64,000 nt of DNA from an uncultured virus (IMG/VR IMGVR_UViG_3300003322_000362) (taxonomy: Duplodnaviria > Heunggongvirae > Uroviricota > Caudoviricetes > Crassvirales), in IMG/VR virus record IMGVR_UViG_3300003322_000362. One strand, given 5' to 3'. Every line of letters begins with the position of its first letter. Position 1 is the stretch's first letter. The position numbers were made by a program, and so were the translations under genes. Below the pieces are notes generated by a model. That model saw only the letters and a program-made list of their open reading frames with translations, searched no databases and was not told the DNA's origin. This document shows, piece after piece, positions 36,611 to 46,069 of the stretch.

Positions 36611-37391
36611 AACAGTTTCATGTAAAGCAGTTCTAGCTAAAGTGGCTAGAACCTTCAAGCCATCTGATTCTGTTTGGATAAGGGACGCCATTGAAGATAT
36701 TGGTTGGGGAATTCAGGCTATAGGTTATCATAGTGGTTTTATAAAAAAAGCTACATCTTATCCTTATATTACTGTAGCTAATTATAGAGCAATTATTCCT
36801 TGTGATGTAGAAAGAATAATTCATGTAGAATATTTAAATCCTGCTCCTCCTTATGCAGGACACGTACTTAATCCTGATGGTACTACTCCGTTTCCTCAAC
36901 CTAATTATGATGAAAATACTACTTGTCATCCAAATTATAGAGGAGTTAAATTGCCATTAGGTACTGATACTTCTGGTTATGGAGATTCACAAACAACAGG
37001 TGCTCAAGCACAAGGAAATTATTATTTACTTAATGGAGGTTATATAATAACATCTTTTAAAGAAGGATTGATTAAATTACATTATAGTGCTTTTAATACT
37101 GATAAGGAAGGATTACCATTAGTTATAGATGATTTTGATTATAAATCTTGTCTTGAATTTTATGTAGTATCTCAAATGATTCTTAGAGGTATGAAACATC
37201 CTTCTATGGAGTATGTAACAGCTTTTCAACAATTTGAGACATATAGATTACGTGCAGAAAATGCATGTAAAGTATTGAGTCTTGATGCAGCAGAAAGATT
37301 TGCAGCAGTATGGCCTCGATATGTTAATAATTTTGAATGGAGTAGAGATTTCTATATTGGATTAGAACAAAGAGAATTTATAGATAGATAA
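36594..37391 (+). CDS. Tail tubular/ring protein
   Basis: YIITSFKEGLIKLHY....DKEGLPLVID motif. Confidence 0.65.
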   Translation: MSHINKTVSCKAVLAKVARTFKPSDSVWIRDAIEDIGWGIQAIGYHSGFIKKATSYPYITVANYRAIIPCDVERIIHVEYLNPAPPYAGHVLNPDGTTPFPQPNYDENTTCHPNYRGVKLPLGTDTSGYGDSQTTGAQAQGNYYLLNGGYIITSFKEGLIKLHYSAFNTDKEGLPLVIDDFDYKSCLEFYVVSQMILRGMKHPSMEYVTAFQQFETYRLRAENACKVLSLDAAERFAAVWPRYVNNFEWSRDFYIGLEQREFIDR

Positions 37392-37414
37392 CAAACTTAA
37401 ATAAATTAAAAATT

Positions 37415-37684
37415 ATGAGTTGGAGTATTGGATTTATTGGAACTGCGACAAAAGTTGTTGAAGCATTAAAAGAAGAAGCTAATAATCTTAGTGGTGCATC
37501 AAAGCTTGAGTATGAAGCTGCCTTACCATATTTAATTGGTATAGTAGAACAAAATTTTGATAACAATATTGAAGCTATTGTAAAATTACAGGCTAGTGGA
37601 CATGGTTATTTTATTGATGGTAAACAATCACAAAATACTTTAAGTATAGCTCTTGATAGGTTTTATGGAAAAATTCTTGCTTAA
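37415..37684 (+). CDS. Hypothetical protein inserted in the tail block
   Basis: 89 aa with its own A-rich leader. Confidence 0.7.
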   Translation: MSWSIGFIGTATKVVEALKEEANNLSGASKLEYEAALPYLIGIVEQNFDNNIEAIVKLQASGHGYFIDGKQSQNTLSIALDRFYGKILA

Positions 37685-37693
37685 TTTAATATA

Positions 37694-38044
37694 GTGAAAG
37701 CATTTAGAGATAAAACTTATATTATAATTAAATGTCCTGGATGTAATGATCTTCATTTATTAGATAAGAGATGGACATTTAATGAAGATTTTGCTAATCC
37801 AACCTTTACTCCTTCTTTATTAATTACTACTGGAAAATATGTAACTTCTAATTATAAAGAATTAATTCCAGAAGAAGATTGGGAATTTTGGGAAGAAAGT
37901 AGTATTAGATGTCATAGTTTTATAACTAATGGTAAAATTCAATTTCTTTCTGATTGTACTCATTCATTAAAAGATCAAACTGTAGACCTACTTGATATAG
38001 ATGATACCCAACAAAGGTTTATATCTGGATACCAACAAGATTAA
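37694..38044 (+). CDS. Zn-binding DUF6527-like protein
   Basis: CPGC..LH...WTFNEDFANPTFTPSLL...RCHSFITNGKIQFLSDCTHSL; family recalled from memory. Confidence 0.6.
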   Translation: MKAFRDKTYIIIKCPGCNDLHLLDKRWTFNEDFANPTFTPSLLITTGKYVTSNYKELIPEEDWEFWEESSIRCHSFITNGKIQFLSDCTHSLKDQTVDLLDIDDTQQRFISGYQQD

Positions 38045-41000
38045 TCAACCTCCTGGAACATGGAGTGGAGCAAGAAATATTCTTGTTAATCAAAAAAAGC
38101 AAGCTATTACTAATGAAGGAGGAGCTGATATTACAGCTACTAATTTTCCTTTTACTTTAGCTAAGCCTATAGGAACAACTATGTTTCCTAATGGTAGTTA
38201 TCTCTTATATGCTATGGGAACATCCGGTCCTGATAGAATAGGAGTAGTAGATGAATTTGAACAATATACTGATCTTATAGTAGATAATGCTTTTAACTTC
38301 AATAGTCTTTATCCTATAAGATCAAGCGAATTTGATTTCAATGCTTTTGGTGAAAGAATAGTAGCTTTTACAGATAGATTTAATAATCCTCGAATCATTA
38401 ATATTGATAATCTTCCTTTTGCACTTAATCCTGATAAATCTTTAGTTAATCCTAGTGATATTTCTGATATAGAAATGTTCACTAAAATGGTTGCACCTAA
38501 TATTACCTATACTATATCACAAAATGGAGGTTCACTTAAAACTGGAGCCTATTCTTTTGCTATTGCTTATGAAAATAATGATGGTACAAGAACTCCTAAT
38601 TCTCCTTTAGTTCATAGTGTATATATTACAGATGATGGAACTAGTGTAGGATTTGATCAATTTGATGGAGCTTTACCTAATACTCTTACTGCAAAAGCTA
38701 TTGCTCTCACAATTAATAATGTAGATACAAGATATGATAAGCTTGTATTAATTATTGTAAAGAGAAATAATGGAATTACAACTGCTGTAGAAATAAAAAA
38801 ATTAGATATAGGAGGTACTACATTATCTACTACTTATACTGGAACTGAATTAGAAACTCCTCTTACATTGGAGGAAGTTTTAACTCCAAGACCTTTATAT
38901 AATAAAGTAGGATGTATGACACAAATAAATAGTCAATTATTTATTGGTGATCTTGAAGCAGAAGAAGATATAGAATATCAATCTTATGCTAATTTAATTA
39001 GAATATACTATAATACTAGATTAATTGCAGTACAAGATATTAATAATTCTAATAAAAATGGTATTCCTCCAGGTTTTGCTCATGGTGGAGTATATGCTTT
39101 TTATATAGCTTTTGTCCTTAAAAATGGATCTTGGAGTAGAGCATTTCATATACCTGGTAGGGGAATTACAGGAGCAGAATTATCTTTTCCAGGTTTATTA
39201 CCTACTGATCCTTCTCCTTTAGCTGTTAATGCTGGATTAGCGGCAGGAACTAAAAGGTATCAAATTGAGGATACTACTAATAGAGCTTCTTCTAGTTACA
39301 TTTTAGACGGAGATACCAATATAACTACTTCTATGGCTGGAACTAGTAATATGGGTTATTGGGAAAATCAAGATGAAGTATATCCAGCTAATTTTCCAAA
39401 TGGTTTAGCGGGTCAAAAGGTAAGGCATCATGTATTTCCTACCATACATAAATGTAAAGAAATACATTATGGAGGTTCTGCAGGATATGGTAGAGAACAA
39501 TTAGATATATTAGGTATTGATGTAGCTAATGTTACAATTCCTCCATCTATTCAAGATAAAATAGAAGGATGGGCTATATTTTATGCACAAAGAGATTATA
39601 TTAATTCTAATACGCTTGGTAATGATCTTTGGTTAACATCTCATAAAAGTGATGATGATGCATCCATGATATGGAGTGCAGGAGGTAATTGGAGAGGAAA
39701 ATCTTTTGATGCATCTGGTACTTGGGAAGCAGATTTTGTACCTAATCCTAATTACATAAGAGGACATAATTTTGAGCTTCTTAAAGATAAACCATCTTTA
39801 GCAGCTAGTGGATTATTTCTTGAATTTGATTTAAGATATAGAAAGAATAATCTCAATGCAAGATTTTTAGATGTAGGTAAAATAGGTGGTAATCTAGCAG
39901 ATTCAGGAGAAGATGAAGGACAAAATGCAGGAGCAGTTATAGATTTAACTGATTCTGTAAATACTTCTGTATCTCTTCCACCTACTCAATTATTAAAAGC
40001 TATACAAGAATTCAAATATTATCCTAATAATATTATTGATGGTAATATTAGAACTATTAAGAATGAAGAAACTATTCATATAAAGGTATTTAATGGTGAT
40101 ACTATACCATTTGTAGCTAGTGAAGTACATGCTAATAGTCAAGGCAGAGGAGGCGGAAATTTTATACAAACTGTTCCTTCAGATTTTACTAATGGTGGTG
40201 AAGATAGTTATCTTCTTACTTATAAACAATTAAAGACTAATTTATTTACTGAATTTACTAATCAGATATTAGTACTTACAGAAGAAATTATATCTAAATC
40301 AACTTTCGAGAAAAGAAAACTTAATGGAGGTGATACATTTTTAAATATTAGATCATTTATATGTTCGTCTCCTAGACATCCTAAAGATTTTGAATCTACT
40401 AATGGTACAGCAGTTATTAGAGCACATATAGCAGAATCAAGATATAACATAGGATTGAGATATGAAGTGGTAGGAGATCCTACTACTAGATATTATCCTA
40501 AAACTCCTGCACAAAATTTTTGGACTAATCCTAGTGATCCAGATGAAAATGGAGTTACTATGATTTTTGATAGATCACAAAATCCTAATAATGTAGGATA
40601 TAGTAATGATTATAATCAGTTAAATATTTATAATCAATTAGTTATATTCAATACAAACCAAAGATTAACTAATAAATTTCCATATAGAGTATTGAGAGGA
40701 GGTATAGCTGATACATCTCAAAATAGTATAAATGGATGGAGAACGTTTCTTGCAGCTAATTTCTATGAAAGCAATAGAAATAGAGGAAGAATTATAAATT
40801 TAGTTAATCTAAAAGATACTCTTATAATTCATCATCAATATGGATTATTCAGAACTATAGGTACACAAAAATTACAATTAGAAACTACAGAAGTATTTTT
40901 AGGATCAGGAGATATATTTTCTCAACAACCAAGGGAACCAGTTACTACTAAATTAGGATTCTTAGGTAATCAAAATATATTTGCAAGTATTACATTTAAA

Positions 41001-41795
41001 GGTAATTATTGCTGGTGTGATCAATCTCAAGGTAGAATTTTCATGTTAAATGATTCAGGAGTTACTGAATTATCTAATGATGGAACTTATAATTATTTTA
41101 GAGATAATCTTTTAATAGATAAATCATTTCCAGATAGTCCTATAGAAGAGCAAGGATTAATTATGGGATATGATCCTAAGTATGATAGACTATTATTAAC
41201 AAAAAAAGCTAACAGTAATCCGTGGACTCTCTCCTTTTCTTTGGAAAAGGAACAAGGTTATTGGGTTTGTAACCATGATTTTATACCTGATTATACTTTT
41301 TATAGTAGTAATAATATATTTGCTTTTAAAGGAAATAAGATATATAAACTTAATTCAAATACAAGAAAAGCTAAATATTTTGATGAAACAATTTATCCTA
41401 GTCAAATAGGGATTGTATTTAATCAAAATGCAGATCAAAATAAGCAATTTTTTAATGTAGCTTGGATTAGTGAAATATTTGATTCTAATAATATATTACA
41501 AAGAAATAAAACATTAAGTCATATAAGAGCTATTACATCTTATCAAGATAGTGGAGAAATAGTTCTTAAACCACATCAAAGTTTTACTGATAAGGGAAAT
41601 ACAAGAAAAATAGCTAATAGTTGGTACTTTAATAAATTTAAAGATCAAGGAAATACTCCATATAAAAGAAAAAATATGGCAGATAATTGGTGTGAAGTAA
41701 CTTTTAAGTATGATAATGCACCTAACTTGGATTCTTCACAAAATTCATTATATTTATATCTTTCCACCATTAACGCTAATATAATGGAATTATGA
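38001..41795 (+). CDS. Tail muzzle/stabilisation protein (P22 gp10-like position)
   Basis: 1264 aa, N-terminal KGLYLD, FTDRFNNPRIINID, beta-propeller-like C-terminus, upstream of the cargo genes. Confidence 0.75.
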   Translation: MIPNKGLYLDTNKINQPPGTWSGARNILVNQKKQAITNEGGADITATNFPFTLAKPIGTTMFPNGSYLLYAMGTSGPDRIGVVDEFEQYTDLIVDNAFNFNSLYPIRSSEFDFNAFGERIVAFTDRFNNPRIINIDNLPFALNPDKSLVNPSDISDIEMFTKMVAPNITYTISQNGGSLKTGAYSFAIAYENNDGTRTPNSPLVHSVYITDDGTSVGFDQFDGALPNTLTAKAIALTINNVDTRYDKLVLIIVKRNNGITTAVEIKKLDIGGTTLSTTYTGTELETPLTLEEVLTPRPLYNKVGCMTQINSQLFIGDLEAEEDIEYQSYANLIRIYYNTRLIAVQDINNSNKNGIPPGFAHGGVYAFYIAFVLKNGSWSRAFHIPGRGITGAELSFPGLLPTDPSPLAVNAGLAAGTKRYQIEDTTNRASSSYILDGDTNITTSMAGTSNMGYWENQDEVYPANFPNGLAGQKVRHHVFPTIHKCKEIHYGGSAGYGREQLDILGIDVANVTIPPSIQDKIEGWAIFYAQRDYINSNTLGNDLWLTSHKSDDDASMIWSAGGNWRGKSFDASGTWEADFVPNPNYIRGHNFELLKDKPSLAASGLFLEFDLRYRKNNLNARFLDVGKIGGNLADSGEDEGQNAGAVIDLTDSVNTSVSLPPTQLLKAIQEFKYYPNNIIDGNIRTIKNEETIHIKVFNGDTIPFVASEVHANSQGRGGGNFIQTVPSDFTNGGEDSYLLTYKQLKTNLFTEFTNQILVLTEEIISKSTFEKRKLNGGDTFLNIRSFICSSPRHPKDFESTNGTAVIRAHIAESRYNIGLRYEVVGDPTTRYYPKTPAQNFWTNPSDPDENGVTMIFDRSQNPNNVGYSNDYNQLNIYNQLVIFNTNQRLTNKFPYRVLRGGIADTSQNSINGWRTFLAANFYESNRNRGRIINLVNLKDTLIIHHQYGLFRTIGTQKLQLETTEVFLGSGDIFSQQPREPVTTKLGFLGNQNIFASITFKGNYCWCDQSQGRIFMLNDSGVTELSNDGTYNYFRDNLLIDKSFPDSPIEEQGLIMGYDPKYDRLLLTKKANSNPWTLSFSLEKEQGYWVCNHDFIPDYTFYSSNNIFAFKGNKIYKLNSNTRKAKYFDETIYPSQIGIVFNQNADQNKQFFNVAWISEIFDSNNILQRNKTLSHIRAITSYQDSGEIVLKPHQSFTDKGNTRKIANSWYFNKFKDQGNTPYKRKNMADNWCEVTFKYDNAPNLDSSQNSLYLYLSTINANIMEL

Positions 41796-44050
41796 TATAT
41801 AACAAAAGATATAAGAGACTTCCGAGATATATCAATGGTGGAAATACATTATCAGGTATTACATTTGATAGTGATCCTTTATTAGAGCATTATAACAAAT
41901 ATAAACCAGATTATACTCAAGGTTTACAAACTTCAGAAATAAATAATAATAGTTTTTTTAATTCAAATAATGGTAGAAATCTTGGATATGCTGCTAATAT
42001 TGCAGCAAATGCTATTCCTGGACCTAAAGATAGTGCTCAAACAGCTAGTGAAGCTTCAACTGATCAAGCTGGAACAGCAATAGCAGGTGCAATTGGTCCT
42101 TGGTGGGGAGCTTTAGCTAAGGTAGGAACTACAGCTTCTCAATATATAAGAGAAGATGATAATGTTTCTCATGCTCAAGGATTTATAGGAGATACTATAA
42201 ATCCATTCCATCAATTTAATTCCTTAAAAGAAGGTAAGAGAGATGAACAATTAACTTCTTTTCTTAATCCAGTAATATCTAGTCATTTAGCAGCTTCTCG
42301 AAGAAAATATGAAGCTGGAGTTAGAGAAAGATTAGCTATGAATGATATTCAAAAGCAATCTCAAAATATATTAGCAAGTTATCCTGTGTATGGACAAGCT
42401 AAATATGGTAAAAGATTTGCTTCTGGTGGAAATCTTCCTTCTCCTACTGATAATTCTAATATGGTTCCACTTGCCTCAAATATGGCAAGATATGATGGAA
42501 ATACACATGAAAATGGTGGAATTGATTTGGATACTAATAATGATCAAAATCCTGATATAGAAGTAGAAGATAATGAAGTAATTAAGGATGATATGGTTTT
42601 GTCTGATAGATTAAAACCATCTATTAATATTAGAAATTATATTAAAAAACTTGGTATATCTACTAAAGGTAGTGATACTTATGCTAGTGTTGCAGAGAAA
42701 CTTGGCAAAAGGAAGGGAAAGTATGAGGAAGGGCTTCGTTCTAACCTTCCTGGAGCCAAGAATACATCTGAAATAATGATTAAGAGATTAGATAATAGTG
42801 TAAATCAATTATTTGAAGATCAAGAAATGAAAAAATATAGACCTTCTTATAGTAGAAAATATCCTGATGGAGGTAGTATACCAATATATTTACAACAAAA
42901 TCCTAATTCTACTACTCAACAAAATGATCTTAAAGCTCAACTTAATTTTATAAATGCTCTTAAATTTAAAAATTCTTTAAGAGGAAATGTTGTACCTCAA
43001 CTTCCAGTAAATGCACTCCACTCTAATAGTAAAGAATATGAAAGAACTTCTATTGTTAATAGTTATGCAGGAGTAGATCCTAGAGCATTACAACAAGCTG
43101 ACAGTGTAATTAATACAATGCGTCCTCTTTATGGTAGAAAATATGCTAGGGGTGGCGCTATTGCAGATTATTGGATAAATGATCCCTTTGGAGGTTCACA
43201 AAGAGCACAATACAAGCCTCAATTATCAGAAATAGATAATTATCAACCTTCTGGAATTGGTAATAATTATCAAGTTGATAATAGATTTAATATTGGAGAT
43301 TATAGAGGAGATATAGCTAGTGTTGCTGGAACAATAGCAAATCAAATTTCCATTAATAACATGGAAACTAATTTGAATCCAGATACTATAGCTGCTCCTA
43401 GAAATATATATACTGATCGTACACCTTATTTAACTAATCAGATCAGTCAACAATTTAGAACTGCTGCACAAGGTGCAGATAGAAGTGGATATGGAAATAA
43501 TTTAGCATTAAAAGCAGATCTTTATGCTAAGTCTCTTGAAGGACTTAATAGAGCATTAGATTCAGAACAACAACGTAAAGATATATTTGATTCAAGATAT
43601 AATGATGATGTTAATAGGACTAATTATTATAATACCCAAATAAGAAATTCAGCTAAATTCGAAAGCTTAGCAAATAGAAATCAAAAGAGAGCATTAACTC
43701 AAGCTAATATAGATAATTTAATTAGAAGTTATCAAGGTAATGAAGCTATGAGAGATGTTAGAACTTTAGATAAAGATAGAGCTTACTTTAGCTTATTAAA
43801 ACAAGGAGATACAGGTGTAGGAGATAGAATTTTAGATAAATTAAGTCCTACTCAGAAAAGGAGGCTAGGTTTATATGCTAAAGGTGGAATATATATTAAA
43901 CCAGAAAATAGAGGTAAATTTACAGCTTGGGCTAAATCTCATGATATGGGAGTACAAGAAGCTGCAAGTCATATATTAGCTAATAAAGAAGATTATAGTT
44001 CTACTCTTGTTAAAAGAGCTAACTTCGCCAGAAATTTTGGAAGAAAATAA
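41792..44050 (+). CDS. Virion cargo/ejection protein 1
   Basis: GNTHENGGI...EVEDNEVI...SDRL, Gly/Ala-rich hydrophobic segment, five (Y/F)xxGG motifs. Confidence 0.65.
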   Translation: MIYNKRYKRLPRYINGGNTLSGITFDSDPLLEHYNKYKPDYTQGLQTSEINNNSFFNSNNGRNLGYAANIAANAIPGPKDSAQTASEASTDQAGTAIAGAIGPWWGALAKVGTTASQYIREDDNVSHAQGFIGDTINPFHQFNSLKEGKRDEQLTSFLNPVISSHLAASRRKYEAGVRERLAMNDIQKQSQNILASYPVYGQAKYGKRFASGGNLPSPTDNSNMVPLASNMARYDGNTHENGGIDLDTNNDQNPDIEVEDNEVIKDDMVLSDRLKPSINIRNYIKKLGISTKGSDTYASVAEKLGKRKGKYEEGLRSNLPGAKNTSEIMIKRLDNSVNQLFEDQEMKKYRPSYSRKYPDGGSIPIYLQQNPNSTTQQNDLKAQLNFINALKFKNSLRGNVVPQLPVNALHSNSKEYERTSIVNSYAGVDPRALQQADSVINTMRPLYGRKYARGGAIADYWINDPFGGSQRAQYKPQLSEIDNYQPSGIGNNYQVDNRFNIGDYRGDIASVAGTIANQISINNMETNLNPDTIAAPRNIYTDRTPYLTNQISQQFRTAAQGADRSGYGNNLALKADLYAKSLEGLNRALDSEQQRKDIFDSRYNDDVNRTNYYNTQIRNSAKFESLANRNQKRALTQANIDNLIRSYQGNEAMRDVRTLDKDRAYFSLLKQGDTGVGDRILDKLSPTQKRRLGLYAKGGIYIKPENRGKFTAWAKSHDMGVQEAASHILANKEDYSSTLVKRANFARNFGRK

Positions 44051-44058
44051 ATATATAA

Positions 44059-46068
44059 ATGCCACTCATACCAGATTTAAGGATAAATCCTTATGTTCAA
44101 CCTTATGTAGGTAATACTAATAGAGAGTTTGATCAAACTATAGATCAAAATATTCAAAGATTTGAACAGAATCAAGAATTTGATGATGTGCTAGGTTATC
44201 AAACTGATACTCTTTTGCAAAATGTAGCTCCTTTTGAAGGAGATATAGGATATGCAAAACAACTCATGAACGATTCTCGAAAGGCTATTCAAAGTAGAGT
44301 AGAGCGAGGAGACTATGAGAATATGAGTAGGGAAATTAAAAGAAATGCTAGAGATTTTGCTGGTAAAGTACAACCTCTTCTGGAAAATCAGAAGAGGTTT
44401 TCGTCGTATTTAAATACAATGGAAGATTTATATAAAACTGGTAAAATTTCTGTAGATACATATTCTAAAGCAAAACAAGCTTCTTTAGGGAATTATAAAG
44501 GTATTGATCCTACTAATATACAAGGTAGTTTATTTAGAGGTTTTACTCCTTCACCTGATATTAATGTTGCTGATAAAATAGATAAATTTTTTACAGGATG
44601 GAAGGCAGATGGTGGGGCAAAGATTATTCCTGATGGGCAAGGAGGTTTTACTAAAGTAAGTTGGGAAGCAGCAAATGAAAATGAATTAAATCAAGCTGCA
44701 CAAGAATATTTAATGGGAGATGAAGAGTTTAAAAATTATGCTCAGACACAAGGAGTTATTAATAATACTGATAGAGTAAATAATGAAGTACAAAATGGTA
44801 TTTTAGCAGGAATGAAGAAACATGGTTTCTATAAAGGAGATATTTCTCAACAGTGGGAACCAGAATGGCTTCATAATAATAAAAAATCTCTTGAACTTGC
44901 TCAACAACTTGGTAGTGTACCTTCATCTGCAACTCTTAATCCTAATGCAGTTAATATATTTGAAGGTCAAGGACAAAAATTTGATAGTCTTACAGGTAAA
45001 GTTATACTTTCTGATCTAGTAAGTAGAGAAGGAGATAAACTTTATATATTTAAAGATGATAAAGGTAATCAAATTAGTGCTAGTGATTATAATACTTATG
45101 AAAGTTCAAGACGTAGAAGACAAACTGTAGGTGAAGGAGTTGGTATAGAAGGTCCTAGTAAATATACTAAGATTGAAGTAACTCCTGAACAAGCAGCTAA
45201 AACTACTATAGAAGCTAATCAACAATTAGTCAATATGGCTTCTGAAAGATTCTTACAAGAAGCTATTAAATCTGGCAAGATTAAAAGTGAACAATTACTT
45301 AATGACCAGCAATTTGTAAATGATTATTTACGTATTAATCAAGGTGTGTTCACTAAACCCAAATATTTAAAAGATACTTATAATTATTATAGTGAAGCTG
45401 TAAAAAATTCTCAACAAATTAACGATAATAGACGTTGGGATATAGGAGCAATAGCTGGAGGAGTATCACCTGAATTTACTAAAGTTCAAGATGATGATAT
45501 CTTAGCTAATTTAACAGGACAAAGTGTTGGTATTCTTGATACCGATATTGGAGGATTTAGAAAGGGTCAGAAAGCTGATCTTAATTCAATGTTGGACAAA
45601 TTACAAGATGATGGTTATAAAGTTAATTCAGTAAGAAGACTTGGACCTCTTAAATATAATCCTTATAGTAATCTTCCTGCTATATCTTATGCTATTACTC
45701 TTGAAGATGGAGATAAAAAAGTTAAAGTAATGGAAATAGCTGCTGCTGTTAATGATCCAGAACTACAACCATTACAAAATGTATATAATTTAGCATATAA
45801 AGGAATGTCAGGTAATGTTCCTTTCAATGCTCCTAATTCACCTCTTGGTAATATACAAGGACAATTTAGAATAAGAACAAGTACAGATTTAGATAGCGAT
45901 AATAAACGTAAATTTGCTGGATTTGTGGAAATATTAGATAGTAATGGAAATAAATTAAATATACAAGGATTTCCTCAAAATATTCCTCTCAGTGAATTTC
46001 CTGATGTATATAAACAGTTATTTGCTCCTAATGTTCTTACTAAATATTTAAATCCTAAGTATAGATAA
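44059..46068 (+). CDS. Virion cargo/ejection protein 2
   Basis: Helical N-terminus, located between cargo 1 and the RNAP. Confidence 0.55.
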   Translation: MPLIPDLRINPYVQPYVGNTNREFDQTIDQNIQRFEQNQEFDDVLGYQTDTLLQNVAPFEGDIGYAKQLMNDSRKAIQSRVERGDYENMSREIKRNARDFAGKVQPLLENQKRFSSYLNTMEDLYKTGKISVDTYSKAKQASLGNYKGIDPTNIQGSLFRGFTPSPDINVADKIDKFFTGWKADGGAKIIPDGQGGFTKVSWEAANENELNQAAQEYLMGDEEFKNYAQTQGVINNTDRVNNEVQNGILAGMKKHGFYKGDISQQWEPEWLHNNKKSLELAQQLGSVPSSATLNPNAVNIFEGQGQKFDSLTGKVILSDLVSREGDKLYIFKDDKGNQISASDYNTYESSRRRRQTVGEGVGIEGPSKYTKIEVTPEQAAKTTIEANQQLVNMASERFLQEAIKSGKIKSEQLLNDQQFVNDYLRINQGVFTKPKYLKDTYNYYSEAVKNSQQINDNRRWDIGAIAGGVSPEFTKVQDDDILANLTGQSVGILDTDIGGFRKGQKADLNSMLDKLQDDGYKVNSVRRLGPLKYNPYSNLPAISYAITLEDGDKKVKVMEIAAAVNDPELQPLQNVYNLAYKGMSGNVPFNAPNSPLGNIQGQFRIRTSTDLDSDNKRKFAGFVEILDSNGNKLNIQGFPQNIPLSEFPDVYKQLFAPNVLTKYLNPKYR

Positions 46069-46069
46069 T

